DNA from: a virus
Lineage: Duplodnaviria; Heunggongvirae; Uroviricota; Caudoviricetes
Strand: one strand, 5' to 3'
IMG/VR virus record: IMGVR_UViG_2687453454_000004
Length of the DNA stretch: 46,405 nt
Made by a program: the position numbers and the translations under genes. The notes beneath the pieces are model-generated. The model saw only the letters and a list, made by a program, of their open reading frames with translations, did not search any database and was not told where the DNA came from. Of this stretch, positions 8,401-19,200 are shown in pieces. Position 1 is the first letter of the stretch, and each line of letters starts with the position of its first letter.

Positions 8401-9253
8401 CGCTGTTATCCGCATTCGTCTCAGACGTTTTTGCGGCCTTCGCGGAATTTCCTGCTGCCGTTGCCGAGGAAGCTGCACTGCCGGCGCTCGAGGCAGCGCT
8501 CGTTTCTGATGATTTTGCCGCCACTTTTGAAGCCGACGCATCCCGGGCTGAGGTGGCAGCTTCTGACGCTTTCGTGGTCGCGGTGGATGCAGATGTGGCC
8601 GCAGATTTTTGTGATGCTGCGGCATTCATTTCCGACGTTTTCGCTGCACCGGCACTGGTGGCTGCCGCGCTTTTTGAAGACTCTGCAGCGGCAGCACTTT
8701 TTGATGCTTCAGTAGCCTTTGCTGATGCCGTTCCTGCGCTGGAAGACGCTGACTGAGCCGACGACGCGGCCTGTCCGGCTGACGTGCTGGCTGCACGTGC
8801 TGAGCCTGCAGCATCAGTCGCACGGGTTGCCGCCTCACGGGCTGATGTGCCGGCATCGCTGGCTGACTTCTTCGCGGCTGCTGTGTTCTGCGCCACTGCG
8901 GACGCGTTACGCGCCACCTCTTCCACCATCAGTTCAAAGCGGCGCAGTGCCTCCGGACGGGCATCATCCTCCGTCATGGCACCGAGAAAATCATTCAGCG
9001 TACCGGGTCGGGAATCTTCATACACGGTGATGGTCCCGGCATGTGACGGCGGGAATCCTTCCACCAACAGAATAACGCTGTACTGACCGTACTCAACGTC
9101 CATGCTGTAACGCCCGGCTTCATCCGGATTTTCAGATGCCACCGTGTTCACCACCACCGTGGTGCTGTTACGTTTTGCTTTCAGCTGGATTGTGCAGTTC
9201 TGTACCGGTTTACCTGCACCGTCTTTCAGTACACCTGAAATCTTTACTGCCAT
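5492..9253 (-). CDS. stf: Side tail fibre with C-terminal intramolecular-chaperone domain
   Basis: N-terminus MAVKISGVLKDG... as in lambda Stf (ATG at 9253; track start 9259); Ala/Ser-rich repeat region; C-terminus (NQSSDRDLKDDI...YTYTLKENG...coiled coil) resembles the self-cleaving S74-type chaperone. Confidence 0.85.
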   Translation of the reverse strand: MAVKISGVLKDGAGKPVQNCTIQLKAKRNSTTVVVNTVASENPDEAGRYSMDVEYGQYSVILLVEGFPPSHAGTITVYEDSRPGTLNDFLGAMTEDDARPEALRRFELMVEEVARNASAVAQNTAAAKKSASDAGTSAREAATRATDAAGSARAASTSAGQAASSAQSASSSAGTASAKATEASKSAAAAESSKSAAATSAGAAKTSEMNAAASQKSAATSASTATTKASEAATSARDASASKVAAKSSETSAASSAGSAASSATAAGNSAKAAKTSETNADNSAQAAADSQTASANSATAAKKSETNAKNSESAAKVSETNAKASENKAKEYLDKVGGLVSPMTQYDWPVVTASESLYIKIAKLSDPGTSRSHVTLMVTNAGNYGSPYGNIDFIEISARGLPSLLSADNVSRHLSIRRLGSTGLTDNNQMRYGLVKGDGFIEVWAFQGAFINDAKVAVLAQTTLNTELYIPDGFVKQTAAPSGYIEGNVVRIYDQVNKPTKADLGLSNAMLIGAFGLGGSGLVLDGKMTDKELLQELRAKGGCFWRSGKPTGSESTIFSHGSGIFSRCGDTWSAINIDYESGRVKIYSSNDNRLNNGTFNINELYGTKYKPSKSDVGLGNVTNDAQVKKSGDIMSGNLSITKATPSLFLRSKSGTAHVWFQNEDQSERGVIFAPTNTDTLGEVHIRAKNAKGQSSGDFIVRHDGMVEARDLTLAGKTKGAKAEFANTSTRSDDTTVSIKGSQHTPLVLTRNNTIKNLSIGFKVDDVDQKYLGIYGDGDLYFGGYSDHTKNSKVITQAILDSGVTVGGKTTFSDLATFNAGMSGPIEPEAIEGMTIDLNDLIIKFTDKGSVKYYHCKTAGGGSNITNKPDGVGGNFLLRVESIRKVSDSDYINMQTLISGDKGRVHVRFVTNGNWTAWSEHVVSGWNQDVTVRSLTSTTPSKLGGGRVDVLGSTSDYSSMNCAVRGVDSTGTNSAWSVGTSENTGKMLCLKNHRSSAQVLLNGDDGAVQLLSGTVNGATAQALTINKDEVNSTADLVIRKQSGTGNRFVLKNAGNAELPFNISVWGSSDRQNVFEVGTSAAYLFYAQRTPAGQLFDVNGAINCTTLNQSSDRDLKDDILVISDATKAIRKMNGYTYTLKENGLPYAGVIAQEVMEALPEAVGSFTRYGEELQGPTIDGNELREETRYLNVDYAAVTGLLVQVARETDDRVTALEEENTTLRQNLATADTRISTLENQVSELVALVRQLTGSEH

Positions 9254-9264
9254 ATTCACCCCAC

Positions 9265-9290
9265 AAAAAAGCCCGCCTGAACCGGCGGGC
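9265..9290 (-). terminator. Intrinsic terminator-like hairpin between lom and stf
   Basis: gcccgcc-N6-ggcgggc with T-run on the minus strand. Confidence 0.5.
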
Positions 9291-9317
9291 TGTCATAACA
9301 CTGTGTTACCTGGCTAA

Positions 9318-9917
9318 TCAGAACTTATAACCGACACCCACGATGAACCCGTCAGTGCGCCAGTTGCCACTGCCGGAGCCTTCATAAGCGACATCAACGG
9401 CCACGGATTCGGTCGGGTTAAACTGCACGCCAGCTCCCCACGCCAGAGAGGTGTTACTGTGGCGAGCGTCATCACTTCCGGTCAGCACGTCGTGCGTTTT
9501 TCCCTTGTTGTCAGTTACGCGGAGATAATCCCCGGAAAAAGTCGACACACGGCTGTAAGCCACGCCTGCCATCGCATACGCGCTGAACCATTCATTCACA
9601 CGTACAGACGGCCCCGCCATCACGCTGAACCAGCGGTTACGCACGGAATCCTCATGCCAGCGGGTATCGCTGTAATGGGTCAGCTGGCGATTCTTGTCTC
9701 CTGCATAGCTGAATGACGTCACCAGCCCCAGTGTGTCCGTAAACTCATAACGGTATTTCACGTTAATCCCGTTCAGATCATCGCTGCCGGGAACGTTGGT
9801 CCGGGCATGAAGATACCCCGCGCTCAGCGTGGACTGATGTTCAGATGCCCATGCAGGCGCACCGGATACGGCCAGACAAATGGCTGCGGACAAAATGGCG
9901 GCATAAAGTTTACGCAT
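9318..9917 (-). CDS. lom: Outer-membrane protein Lom (Ail/Lom family)
   Basis: 199 aa with signal peptide and C-terminal ...GVGYKF beta-barrel end; GAGAGG RBS; lambda position between J and stf. Confidence 0.85.
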   Translation of the reverse strand: MRKLYAAILSAAICLAVSGAPAWASEHQSTLSAGYLHARTNVPGSDDLNGINVKYRYEFTDTLGLVTSFSYAGDKNRQLTHYSDTRWHEDSVRNRWFSVMAGPSVRVNEWFSAYAMAGVAYSRVSTFSGDYLRVTDNKGKTHDVLTGSDDARHSNTSLAWGAGVQFNPTESVAVDVAYEGSGSGNWRTDGFIVGVGYKF

Positions 9918-9986
9918 AATTACCTCTCGCTTTTCTGCAATAAAAAAGGCACCATTTCTGGTGCCCTTATATGGGTTATAACAACT

Positions 9987-12900
9987 TCAACGAATACTGA
10001 TGCCGGAAGCAGCTTTTTTGGTCACAATCACCGTACAGTCGGTGATATTACCTGCCCACTGATTGCCTTTATGGAAAACCTTAAACTCCAGAGTGACGCT
10101 TCCCCTGCCACTCGGCATATCAATAACCGCACTGTAGCTACCGGGAATGGCCCCTTTAGTTTCTCTGGATGCGATTAATACACCGTTTTTGCGAACTTCA
10201 AAACCATAACCCGTGTATCTTGTACCTCCCGGGTTATTACCACTTCCCGGATCGCTATACGCTATTCCGTTAAAGATAATGGGTGGAATAATGATTTGAC
10301 GGTCAAAGTTATGATCATCGCTGATGGTGACTGTAACCGTCCCGTTTGGTGTTTCCGTGTTACCCCACGTACCAGCCTGTTTCGGGAATGATTTGGATAC
10401 AGCTTTAACGAAGTCACCTCTGACCTGAGTCGCCTCCAGCATGCCCTTAATCGTACAGTTTTCATTTACCGTGACATTGTTGAGCGTCCCGGCGTTCGCA
10501 TTCACGTTACCGCTGATATCGGCATTTTTCGCCGTCAGCCGCCCGTCCGGTGTCAGGGAAAATACCGGAGGATTACCGCCGCTGGTAATGGTGGGAGCCG
10601 TCAGGCGTTTCAGGAACACTTCGTTCATGAATATCTGATCGCCCTGACCAACAAACATCGGCTTTGTGTTGCCATTCGCAGGATTAATCATCGCAATCCT
10701 GTCTGCCGCCAGCAGCACCTGACTCTGCATGCCGTCAGGGGTGTTCTCAATACCGGCACCAATACCCGCGATATAAAGGCGTCCGTCCTGCATCTGCTGC
10801 AGCTTCACAGCCCACATGCTGTTCAGGTTATTATTTGTATCAACCTGAACCTTCTGTATCTGCTGAATTGCCGCACTCTGGTCTTCCAGTTTCTTATTGA
10901 CGGTCTGTGTGATTTCATTGCTGACATCCGTAATGGATGTCCTGATTTCAGCCAGGTCAGGCGCAAGCTGACCGTTATCAATCTGCGTCCACAGCTCCTG
11001 AGCCAGATGGGTTTTCCCTATCTCGCCTTTGAAAAAATCCAGATAGCCGGATGCGTCATCACTCGGCTGACCAACAGCCTCCACGAATGCCGATTTGCCA
11101 ACGGTGTTCACACTGCGAACGTAAAAATAATAATTATGGCCCGGTTTGATATTGATACTGGCGGCTATCCAGTACAACGCCGTACCAAGATAGCGTGCTG
11201 TGGTTTCAACCTGCCTGATATCCGCAATCCGCTTTTCCGAGAACCAGAACTCAAACTGTACCGTCGGATCATAAACCGCAAGATGCGGCGTGGCGGTTAT
11301 CTGAAAATAGCCCGGCGTCAGCTCAATCCGCGACGGCGCTGCCGGTGCGGCAATCCGGAACGATACCGACGCCGGATCGCCCTGCTGTCCCCATGCATTT
11401 ACTGCCCGGACTGTCAGCCTGTAGTTCCCCAGAGCCAGTTGTGTGAAGCGGTAAGTGGTTTCCGTCGTCCGGGCCGTGCTGACCAGCCGCTCACTGCCGT
11501 CATCCGCTGCCACGGTCAGGCGAAGCATAAAGCTCACCCCCTTCACCACCTTCGGCGTGTCCCAGCGGGCCAGCACCTGGTATTCCCCGCTGTCTGCGGT
11601 GACTTCGGCGGTCAGATGCTGCACTGCTGGCGGCGTGACACCATTCACCGTGCCGCTCTGGTCGCCGTCAAAGTGCGCCCCGTTATCCACGATGGCCTCT
11701 TTTTCCGGTACATGCTGCACGGCGGTGATGGCATACGTGCCGTCATCGTTCTCACGGATACTCACGCAGCGGAACAGGCGCTGGCGCAGCGTCGGCAGCT
11801 TCAGCCCCCATACGCTGTATCCGGCAACGCCGTCAGGAACACGGCTCACTTTTACCTTCACGCCGTCGGTGACGGACTGGACCTCCACGCTGACCGGATT
11901 GCCACTTCCGTCAACCAGGCTTATCAGCGTGGTACCGGAAGATGGCAGCGTGATTTCACGGTCGAGCGTCAGCGTCCGGGTCTGGCTGTTTACCGCCAGC
12001 ACGCGCCCGCCGGTGCGGATACCGGCATAGTCATCATCGCAGATTTCAATGACATCGCCCGGTACATGGCGAAGCCCTTCGGCACCCACGCTGAAGTCCA
12101 CGGTCTGCGTTTCCAGCAGTTCTGTTTTAATCAGCCACAGCCCGGCGCGGTGTGCCTGCCCCCGGCTGGTACAGCCAAAAGCATCCATCTTCGTGACGTT
12201 ACGACCGTAACGGGCAATGGCCTGCGTGTCCTCCACAAGCTCTGTCGCCGTCTCCCAGCCGTTATTCGGGTCAATCCAGTTCACCTCAACGGCATTATGG
12301 CGGTCCTTCAGGGCGCTGAAGCTGTAGCGGAACGGCGCACCATCATCCGGCATCACCACATTACTGCGGTTATAGGTCCACACCTTATCCGACGGTCGGT
12401 CCTGCACGAACGTCAGCGTCTGCCCGTTCCATACCGGCATACAGCGCATCGCAGAGCAGAAATCACTGAGCACATCCCACGCCTTGCGCTGTGTGGTCAG
12501 GTACGCATTACAGGTGATGCGCGGCTCTGTGCCGCCAAAACCGTCCGGCACCGACTGATCGCAATGCTGGCCGATGACATACAGCGCCCATTTGTCCACA
12601 TCCGCCGCACCAAGACGTTTCCCCATGCCGTAGCGCGGATGGGTCAGCATATCCCACAGACACCAGGCCATGTTGTTGCTGTATGCTGGCTTAAACGTTC
12701 CGTCCCAGATACCGCTGTATTGCCGCGTCTGCGGGTTATAGTTCGACGGCACCTGCAGAATGCGCCCGCGCAGATGATAATTACGGCTCACCTGCTGGCT
12801 GCCGAACTGCTCCGAATCCACCTGCACGCCGACCAGTGCCGTGTTCGGGTAGCACTGTTTCACATCGATGATTTCGGTGTATGACGACCAGAGCGTTTTG

Positions 12901-13484
12901 TTCTGCAGCTGGTCTGTGGTGCTGTCCGGCGTCATCCTGCGCATCCGTATATTGAACGGGCGCGGCGGCAGGTTACCCACCACCACCGAGGCCAGATACT
13001 GCGAGGTGGTTTTGCCCTTAATGGTGATGTCTTTTTCCGTCACCCAGCCACCATTACGCTGGATCTGAACCAGCAGGCGGACTTCCGACGGATTCCGGTC
13101 CCCCTTTGAGGTGGTTTCCACCAGTGCCTGCACGCCGAAGGTAAAGCGCAGACGGTCGATGTTTGCAGACGTAATGGTGCGGGTGATCGGCGTGTCATAT
13201 TTCACTTCCGTACCCAGCACCGTCTCGGAGCCGGAGGATTCAAACCCCTCCGGCGGTGTCTGCTCCTGCTCACCGGCACGGAACACCACCGTGACACCGG
13301 AGATGTTGGTATTCCCCTCAGTGTCCAGCACCGGCGTACTGTTCAGCAGCACGCTTTTTAATCCATCCACCGGACCTTCAATCGGCCCTTCGCTGATGGC
13401 ATCGATCACACTCAGCAACTGCGTGGACTTCAGGTTGTCCTTCGCTTCGCGCGGGGTATGCCCCTTACTGCTACCTTTACCCAT
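9987..13484 (-). CDS. J: Host-specificity / tail tip protein J
   Basis: 1165 aa, N-terminus [22 protein letters not shown]... and length match lambda gpJ. Confidence 0.95.
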   Translation of the reverse strand: MGKGSSKGHTPREAKDNLKSTQLLSVIDAISEGPIEGPVDGLKSVLLNSTPVLDTEGNTNISGVTVVFRAGEQEQTPPEGFESSGSETVLGTEVKYDTPITRTITSANIDRLRFTFGVQALVETTSKGDRNPSEVRLLVQIQRNGGWVTEKDITIKGKTTSQYLASVVVGNLPPRPFNIRMRRMTPDSTTDQLQNKTLWSSYTEIIDVKQCYPNTALVGVQVDSEQFGSQQVSRNYHLRGRILQVPSNYNPQTRQYSGIWDGTFKPAYSNNMAWCLWDMLTHPRYGMGKRLGAADVDKWALYVIGQHCDQSVPDGFGGTEPRITCNAYLTTQRKAWDVLSDFCSAMRCMPVWNGQTLTFVQDRPSDKVWTYNRSNVVMPDDGAPFRYSFSALKDRHNAVEVNWIDPNNGWETATELVEDTQAIARYGRNVTKMDAFGCTSRGQAHRAGLWLIKTELLETQTVDFSVGAEGLRHVPGDVIEICDDDYAGIRTGGRVLAVNSQTRTLTLDREITLPSSGTTLISLVDGSGNPVSVEVQSVTDGVKVKVSRVPDGVAGYSVWGLKLPTLRQRLFRCVSIRENDDGTYAITAVQHVPEKEAIVDNGAHFDGDQSGTVNGVTPPAVQHLTAEVTADSGEYQVLARWDTPKVVKGVSFMLRLTVAADDGSERLVSTARTTETTYRFTQLALGNYRLTVRAVNAWGQQGDPASVSFRIAAPAAPSRIELTPGYFQITATPHLAVYDPTVQFEFWFSEKRIADIRQVETTARYLGTALYWIAASINIKPGHNYYFYVRSVNTVGKSAFVEAVGQPSDDASGYLDFFKGEIGKTHLAQELWTQIDNGQLAPDLAEIRTSITDVSNEITQTVNKKLEDQSAAIQQIQKVQVDTNNNLNSMWAVKLQQMQDGRLYIAGIGAGIENTPDGMQSQVLLAADRIAMINPANGNTKPMFVGQGDQIFMNEVFLKRLTAPTITSGGNPPVFSLTPDGRLTAKNADISGNVNANAGTLNNVTVNENCTIKGMLEATQVRGDFVKAVSKSFPKQAGTWGNTETPNGTVTVTISDDHNFDRQIIIPPIIFNGIAYSDPGSGNNPGGTRYTGYGFEVRKNGVLIASRETKGAIPGSYSAVIDMPSGRGSVTLEFKVFHKGNQWAGNITDCTVIVTKKAASGISIR

Positions 13485-13550
13485 TCCTCACACTCCATAA
13501 ACAACAAAGCCGCCCAAAAGGCGGCTCATGAGTTACGGCAGGATTAACTA

Positions 13551-13889
13551 TTATTTACATGCATTAACACTATCAGCAAAAATTTTTGGCGTTAATGCTG
13601 GTACGCGTTCATAAAGAGTAAAACTACTGCCATTTCCTGCTTTTTTGATATCAAGCACAACATCATACCCACCCATAGCCTGTGGAACTAAAAGGCTTAC
13701 CCCATTCTCAATAGGAATGGATGTTATAGGTGTTCCATTACCAGCCCATTGTCTGGATATGCAGCCTGACAATTCATCAATATTTTTTAATGAATTACCT
13801 TCCATTACAGGCTTGCCGGATTTTACGTAATCCAAAGATTTACATCCTGTTAAGGCAATAATCGTGCAGAATAAAATCGTTTTGTTCAT
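13551..13889 (-). CDS. Predicted lipoprotein moron between I and J
   Basis: Signal peptide with lipobox (MNKTILFCTIIALTGC from Met at 13889; track start 13901); AT-rich compared with flanking tail genes. Confidence 0.6.
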   Translation of the reverse strand: MNKTILFCTIIALTGCKSLDYVKSGKPVMEGNSLKNIDELSGCISRQWAGNGTPITSIPIENGVSLLVPQAMGGYDVVLDIKKAGNGSSFTLYERVPALTPKIFADSVNACK

Positions 13890-13961
13890 ATAGCTAACCA
13901 ACAGAATAATTATCAGTGTTCGATATAAATATTAAATCAGTTAGAACATGAGTAAATAATA

Positions 13962-14603
13962 TTACCGCCCAATTACCACAACCTGACCACCATCCCCTTC
14001 ATCTGCCGTGCTGATCTCCTGAGATGCCACACGTGACCCAACGCGCATTTCACCGTACAGAACAGGCAGGACATTGCCCTGGGCAACCATGTTATCCAAT
14101 GAGGAAAAATAGGTATTTTGCTTACCGTTATCAGTGGCTGACACTTTAGGCGTTTTGGCTTTCGGTGCCAGCATCTGCGCAACACCGCCTAAAACCATAC
14201 CTGCCCCAAGAGAGAACATGAGATTACTTGCAACAATACTAAGCCCCGGCATCCAGATTGCCGTAGCAATTAGCGCCGCACCCAGCACTGCCTGAAAAAT
14301 ACCGCCACTTTTGGCACCCGCCAGACGCGGTACGATGTGGATCACGGCACCATTTGCCAGCGGCTCATTAAGACGGGCAGATAATTCGTTTTCGCCTGCA
14401 TCACGCCCGGAAATGCGCACCTGATACCAGCCCTCATTCAGTTTCTGGCGAAACGCCGGAAGCTGCGTGGCCAGCGCCCGGATGGCTTCAGCCCCCGTTT
14501 TCACACGAAGGTCGATGCGGCGACCAAATCGTTGTAAATCCCCGTAAAGGCAGATGCGTGCCATGCCCGGTGACGCCAGAGGGAGTGTGTGCGTCGCTGC
14601 CAT
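13962..14603 (-). CDS. I: Tail assembly protein I
   Basis: MAATHTLPLASPGMARICLYGDLQRFGRRIDLRVKTG... matches lambda gpI. Confidence 0.9.
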   Translation of the reverse strand: MAATHTLPLASPGMARICLYGDLQRFGRRIDLRVKTGAEAIRALATQLPAFRQKLNEGWYQVRISGRDAGENELSARLNEPLANGAVIHIVPRLAGAKSGGIFQAVLGAALIATAIWMPGLSIVASNLMFSLGAGMVLGGVAQMLAPKAKTPKVSATDNGKQNTYFSSLDNMVAQGNVLPVLYGEMRVGSRVASQEISTADEGDGGQVVVIGR

Positions 14604-15244
14604 TTGTCGGTATACCTCTCTCGTTTGCTCAGTTGTTCAGGAATATGGTGCAGCAGCTCGCCGTCACCACAGTAAATGGCGGCATGATTCGGCACCGATG
14701 AACCAAAACAGCACAGCAGCACATCGCCCGGCTGCGCCGCTGACAACGGCACCTGATACAGCCCTGTGGCCTCCAGATTATCCAGATAGAGATTCTGACC
14801 GTTACGCCACCAGTCATCCTCGCGATGAAAATCCGGCATCTCAATCCCCGCCAGATGGTAAGCATCCCGGAACAGCGTGTAACAGTCCGTCACCCCGTGC
14901 TCAAAGCGCCGCCCGGTAAGATGTGGCACACAGCGGAACTTGTAAATCGCCCCCCGGCAGACCAGCCACCACGGCAAATCACTCTGCACCTGCAGCCGCC
15001 GATCGGCCTCACTCAGCCAGGGCAGACCACCGGGGTGACTGTGGACCAGCGCCACAATCTCACCCTGCATTTCTGCCTGCAGCCAGTCCTCCGGAGACAT
15101 CCGGAAATACTCCTCCGGCTCACCGGAGATATTCACGCAGGGAAAATATCTTTCCCCCTCCGGCGTTCTCACCACGAAGCCGCACGACTCCGCTGGCGCA
15201 CATCGCCGGGCGTGCGCCAGAATCGCTGATTCTGTCTCTGTCAT
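14501..15244 (-). CDS. K: Tail assembly protein K (NlpC/P60 plus JAB/MPN-like)
   Basis: Lambda gpK-like (HSHPGG, LLCC motifs); likely start MTETESAIL at 15244 just after the L stop; ORF-track start 15286. Confidence 0.85.
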   Translation of the reverse strand: MTETESAILAHARRCAPAESCGFVVRTPEGERYFPCVNISGEPEEYFRMSPEDWLQAEMQGEIVALVHSHPGGLPWLSEADRRLQVQSDLPWWLVCRGAIYKFRCVPHLTGRRFEHGVTDCYTLFRDAYHLAGIEMPDFHREDDWWRNGQNLYLDNLEATGLYQVPLSAAQPGDVLLCCFGSSVPNHAAIYCGDGELLHHIPEQLSKRERYTDKWQRRTHSLWRHRAWHASAFTGIYNDLVAASTFV

Positions 15245-15248
15245 GGGA

Positions 15249-15947
15249 TTACTGCGAAAGTTTGTTAATGGAAAGGAAGCCGCCAAAGTTGCCGACGTTA
15301 TTGCGAAACTTACAGCCGCTCAGGCATTTGCTGCATTTATCCTTCGTGATATCGGACGTCGGCTGGTCATATTCATCCGCGACTGCCGGACCGTGATAAC
15401 CGCACTCATCACCGCGATAGGTCCAGGTGCAGGTGTTGGCCAGCATGATACGTCCCGGAAAAACAGCGCCATCCGTTTCCGTCGGTGTGGACAACACAAA
15501 GGAGGCACTGACCGCACTCAGTTCGCTGCACTGCTCGATGCGCCAGCGGCTGATCACCTCCTGCTCCGGATCGGCGTCGCTGTTTCCGTTGACGAAGTTC
15601 ACCGCATCCAGAAAACGGGCGTAAACCTTACGCCTGACCACCGTTCCGCCGACCAGACTCTGCAGGTCTTCCGCCATCCCGGTGACCATGCCGTGCAGGT
15701 TAGAAACCGTCAGTGTCGGACGGGCAGCACTGCCCTTGCCGTTCAGTTCAAATCCCGTCCCCTGAATGGGGTATGCCTGATACTGCCGCCCCTGCCAGGT
15801 AACCGGCTCACCTTTTTCGTTCTGCTCATTACAGAAAAAATAACGTTCACCACCGACCTCTGTCAGATCGATTTCCCAGAGCACCACCTGGGCTGACTGA
15901 GTGATGCGTGTCGTCTCATGATGTGTTTCCTGTGGAATATCCTGCAT
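15249..15947 (-). CDS. L: Minor tail protein L
   Basis: 232 aa, lambda gpL-like with C-terminal Cys cluster. Confidence 0.9.
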   Translation of the reverse strand: MQDIPQETHHETTRITQSAQVVLWEIDLTEVGGERYFFCNEQNEKGEPVTWQGRQYQAYPIQGTGFELNGKGSAARPTLTVSNLHGMVTGMAEDLQSLVGGTVVRRKVYARFLDAVNFVNGNSDADPEQEVISRWRIEQCSELSAVSASFVLSTPTETDGAVFPGRIMLANTCTWTYRGDECGYHGPAVADEYDQPTSDITKDKCSKCLSGCKFRNNVGNFGGFLSINKLSQ

Positions 15948-15956
15948 CAGAGCCTC

Positions 15957-16286
15957 CTATGCCACGACCTGTTCAAAATCTGCCGTTATGGTTACCCACA
16001 GCGCCCCCACGCTTGCCGACCATTTACGACAAACCACCCTAATCGGTTTCCAGTCATAAGGTGGCGTCCACTGAAATGCGCGGACGCCACCGTGCCGTTC
16101 CAGAAAGGCTTTTAAAGATGGGTGTTCACATTTACGAACACGTATTGTCACGCTGTAAGTCGACAACTGGTTATTCAGTCCCGCCGCACGACGCTGTTCA
16201 TAACCATCGCCCAGCTTCACTGTCACCACTTTCGGCTCTGATACCACATTCATATCCGGGCGCACTTTCCAGTGAAACGTCTCCAT
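15957..16286 (-). CDS. M: Minor tail protein M
   Basis: 109 aa, lambda gpM-like; lambda gene order. Confidence 0.85.
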   Translation of the reverse strand: METFHWKVRPDMNVVSEPKVVTVKLGDGYEQRRAAGLNNQLSTYSVTIRVRKCEHPSLKAFLERHGGVRAFQWTPPYDWKPIRVVCRKWSASVGALWVTITADFEQVVA

Positions 16287-19200
16287 TACCGATATGCTCC
16301 ACTTAACCGACCACCATCACGGGCCTGCTGTTGCATAAAGTCCGCTGCTGCTTTTTTCCCGAGGTCATAAACCACCTTCAGGGCAGCCGGACCTATCTGC
16401 CCGTTCGTGCCATCGTTATTGATCTCGATGTTGTACTGCGGGGCAAACATCGCCATACCTGAACCACCAATATCCGCCACAACCCCCAGCTTACCGTCAG
16501 CACCACGACGCAGAGGCAGAATGGCTTCAGGCCCAGCTTCCCCCATCACACCTGCACCTTTTGCAAAAGCAAAAAACGTCGGACGGTTAACCACCGTGCC
16601 ACTGTAGCGACTCAAATCAGCAGACTGATAAACACCACCATCAGCATTGGGCGTCACACTGGCAGTTGCTGCACTCCCCCAGCCAAACGCCGAACCAATC
16701 CCCTTAACTGCCTGCATCATGGACATCTGAGCCATGATTTTTGCCAGATCAGAAAGGAGCGAGGCGGTAAAAGATTTGAAGTTCAGTTTTCCGGTAGTAC
16801 AGAACGTTGCCAGTGCATTACCTGCACTGTTAAATGCCGCTGTAAGCATCTGCTCAGCAGTGCCTGCCGCATTATCCGCATCTGCCGTGAAATTCTGAAA
16901 CGCCCGCATAGCACCGTTTTTCCAGTTACCCTGAGCAATTTCAAGCTGTTGCCAATAACGGCGATTCTCATTCAGTTGTCGGTTCAGGCTCTCCGTCAGC
17001 GCCTGCTCGGCCTTTCTGTAGTCATCCGTGTTATATGTCCCTTTCTGCTCACTATCCCGCCTCAACTGCTCCAGCTGTTGCTGGTATTTCTGGCGAAGAC
17101 TCAGTTGTACCTGATATCGCTGCCTCTGCTGATCACCCATACCCACCGTGGCGATATCCAGGTCATGTTGCTGACGCTGAGCGCGCTCTTCTTCAGCCAG
17201 TTGACTGGTCAGCTGAATTGTTTTTTTCTTCAGCTCGTTGAGTGCCGTCTGTTTCTGAAGCTCCTGCTGTTTTACATCCAGCAGCGTCAGTGCCTGAATC
17301 AGTTCATCTTTACGGGCCAGCACACTCTTTTCATCTGCCGTCAGTTTTTTCCCGTCCAGGTCGCTGATGCGCTGCTGCAGAGCCAGAAGCTGTTTATGCG
17401 CTTCTGTCATCTTTTCAGTGGCAATGCCTGCTGACTGTCTTGCAGCAGCAATCTGCCCTTCCACCTGTGCCTGTTGCTGACTGTACTGCAGCAATAACCG
17501 GGTGGCCTCATCATTACGGGTTTCGCGTGTTTTTTTCTTACCGGATGCCAGGGCTTTCTCGTAACGTTCATTTTCACGTTGTATCGCCGCATCCCTGACA
17601 GCCTGGTCGGCGTACTGCATGGCATTAATACGCGCAATTTCACGCTGATGTCGTGCTGCTTCCGTTTCATTCATCCGGTTCAGTGCAGCATTTTCAGCAT
17701 TACGTCGTTTCTGTTGCTCCTGATAATTCCGCTCTGCCTGCTCTTTTGCATCCTGCAAATCCTTCTGGCGTTTTTTCTCCTGAAGATCGTTAAGACGCTG
17801 CTGATCGTATTCAACCTGAGAAGATGATGCCGTCCAGGGGAGTCTTTTCGCCCGCGACACTTTCTCCTGTAAAGCGGCAATCTGTTCATCCAGCGAGTCT
17901 TCACGACCAATATTCATGGCCGCATCCCAGAAACGACTCCACAAATCAGACAGATACTTCAGCGTACTGCCAAGCGCATTGAGGTTATTATCAATATCCG
18001 CAGTACGCCGACCGGTTTCCTCTGCCAGTGCAGACATGGCTATCCGTGCAGCATCACTGGACCGTCCCTGATCCCCAAGGACACGTATCTGCTCAAGCTG
18101 AGTGGCAGTAAGAAAATGCAGCTCATTGTCCAGAGCCTTCGCGGCATTTACAGGATCATCCTTCAGCCGCTTAAACTGATTTATGGTATCGCTGACCGAC
18201 TGGCCAACCGATCGCTCCATCTGTGCGGCAGCTCTCGCCACCATACCGATATCGTTTCCACGAAATGCACCACTCCCCACCACCTGAGCCAGCGCACCGG
18301 CTGCAGCATGTTGCGTGATACCATTCCCGGAAATAGCACGACTGAGCGTCCACAGCTGCCCGGCAGTGACTCCGGCATAATGCCCCGTCAGCGACAACTG
18401 GCGGTTAAATTCTTCCCCCTCCTTCTGACCATCATACCAGGCTTTACCCAGACCATAGACGGCCGCGGCAATACCGCCAATAACCCAGCCCAGCATCATG
18501 CCTTTCGGTGACATCAGTGTGTCTATCCATCCGGCACGGTTAGCCAGCGTTATCCCGGATCCCCTCAGCGCACCTAAATTGCCGCGAGCCAGTTCACCTA
18601 TCAGAACGCCTATCTCCTGGCGGGCCGCTGCACTTTTCAGACCCAGCGAATGCGTGGCTTTTCCTGCCTGCTCCATTTTGCGGATATACACTTCTGCAGC
18701 ACTGCTTACCCCCAGCTGGGCAGCCTTAGCACGAAGCAACTCAGAAGAAGAAAGATTCTGGCGGGTTGCCTGCTCTTTAAGCTGACGGATAAACGCCACT
18801 TTCTGTCGGGTAGCCTCTTCCTCAGCCTGTGTAAGAACACGAGTTTTCGCAGTAACCTCAGAAATCAGCGCCAGATAATCCTGCTGACCAATCCCGCCAC
18901 TGTTTCTGGCCTGTCGGATCTGCTGCTGAATACGCTGTAATTCCTGCAGCCCCGCACTGGCCTGTTTCACACTGTCAATCTGACGATAAAACGCAGCAGC
19001 CGCTTTATCCTGAGCCTCCGCCAGAGCCATGGCCTGCGCCTGTTCCTCGCGCATTTTCTGGCTCAGTGCCTCCATGCGCTGGCGGGTTTTCTCCACCTCG
19101 CGGGCCATGCGTTCATGAGCCTGTGCGTTCTTCTCCACCGTCTGCGCATGGACGGATGCGGCTGTTGCAGCCGAAGAAGCTGCCTGCGTTGTCTGCCGGG

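Noticed and set aside
8221-8856. Several 76-170-aa ORFs on both strands in the stf repeat region
   Set aside because: Products are low-complexity Ala/Arg/Gln strings generated by the Ala/Ser-rich Stf repeat; they overlap the well-supported stf frame.
11007-12884. 625-aa plus-strand ORF
   Set aside because: Lies entirely antisense within the J gene; Arg/Pro/His-rich composition typical of a GC-rich antisense frame; no RBS. J on the minus strand is the real gene.
16949-17434. 161-aa plus-strand ORF (and similar ORFs at 18116-18940)
   Set aside because: Antisense to the tape-measure gene H; Leu-rich frame artefact of the coiled-coil coding sequence.
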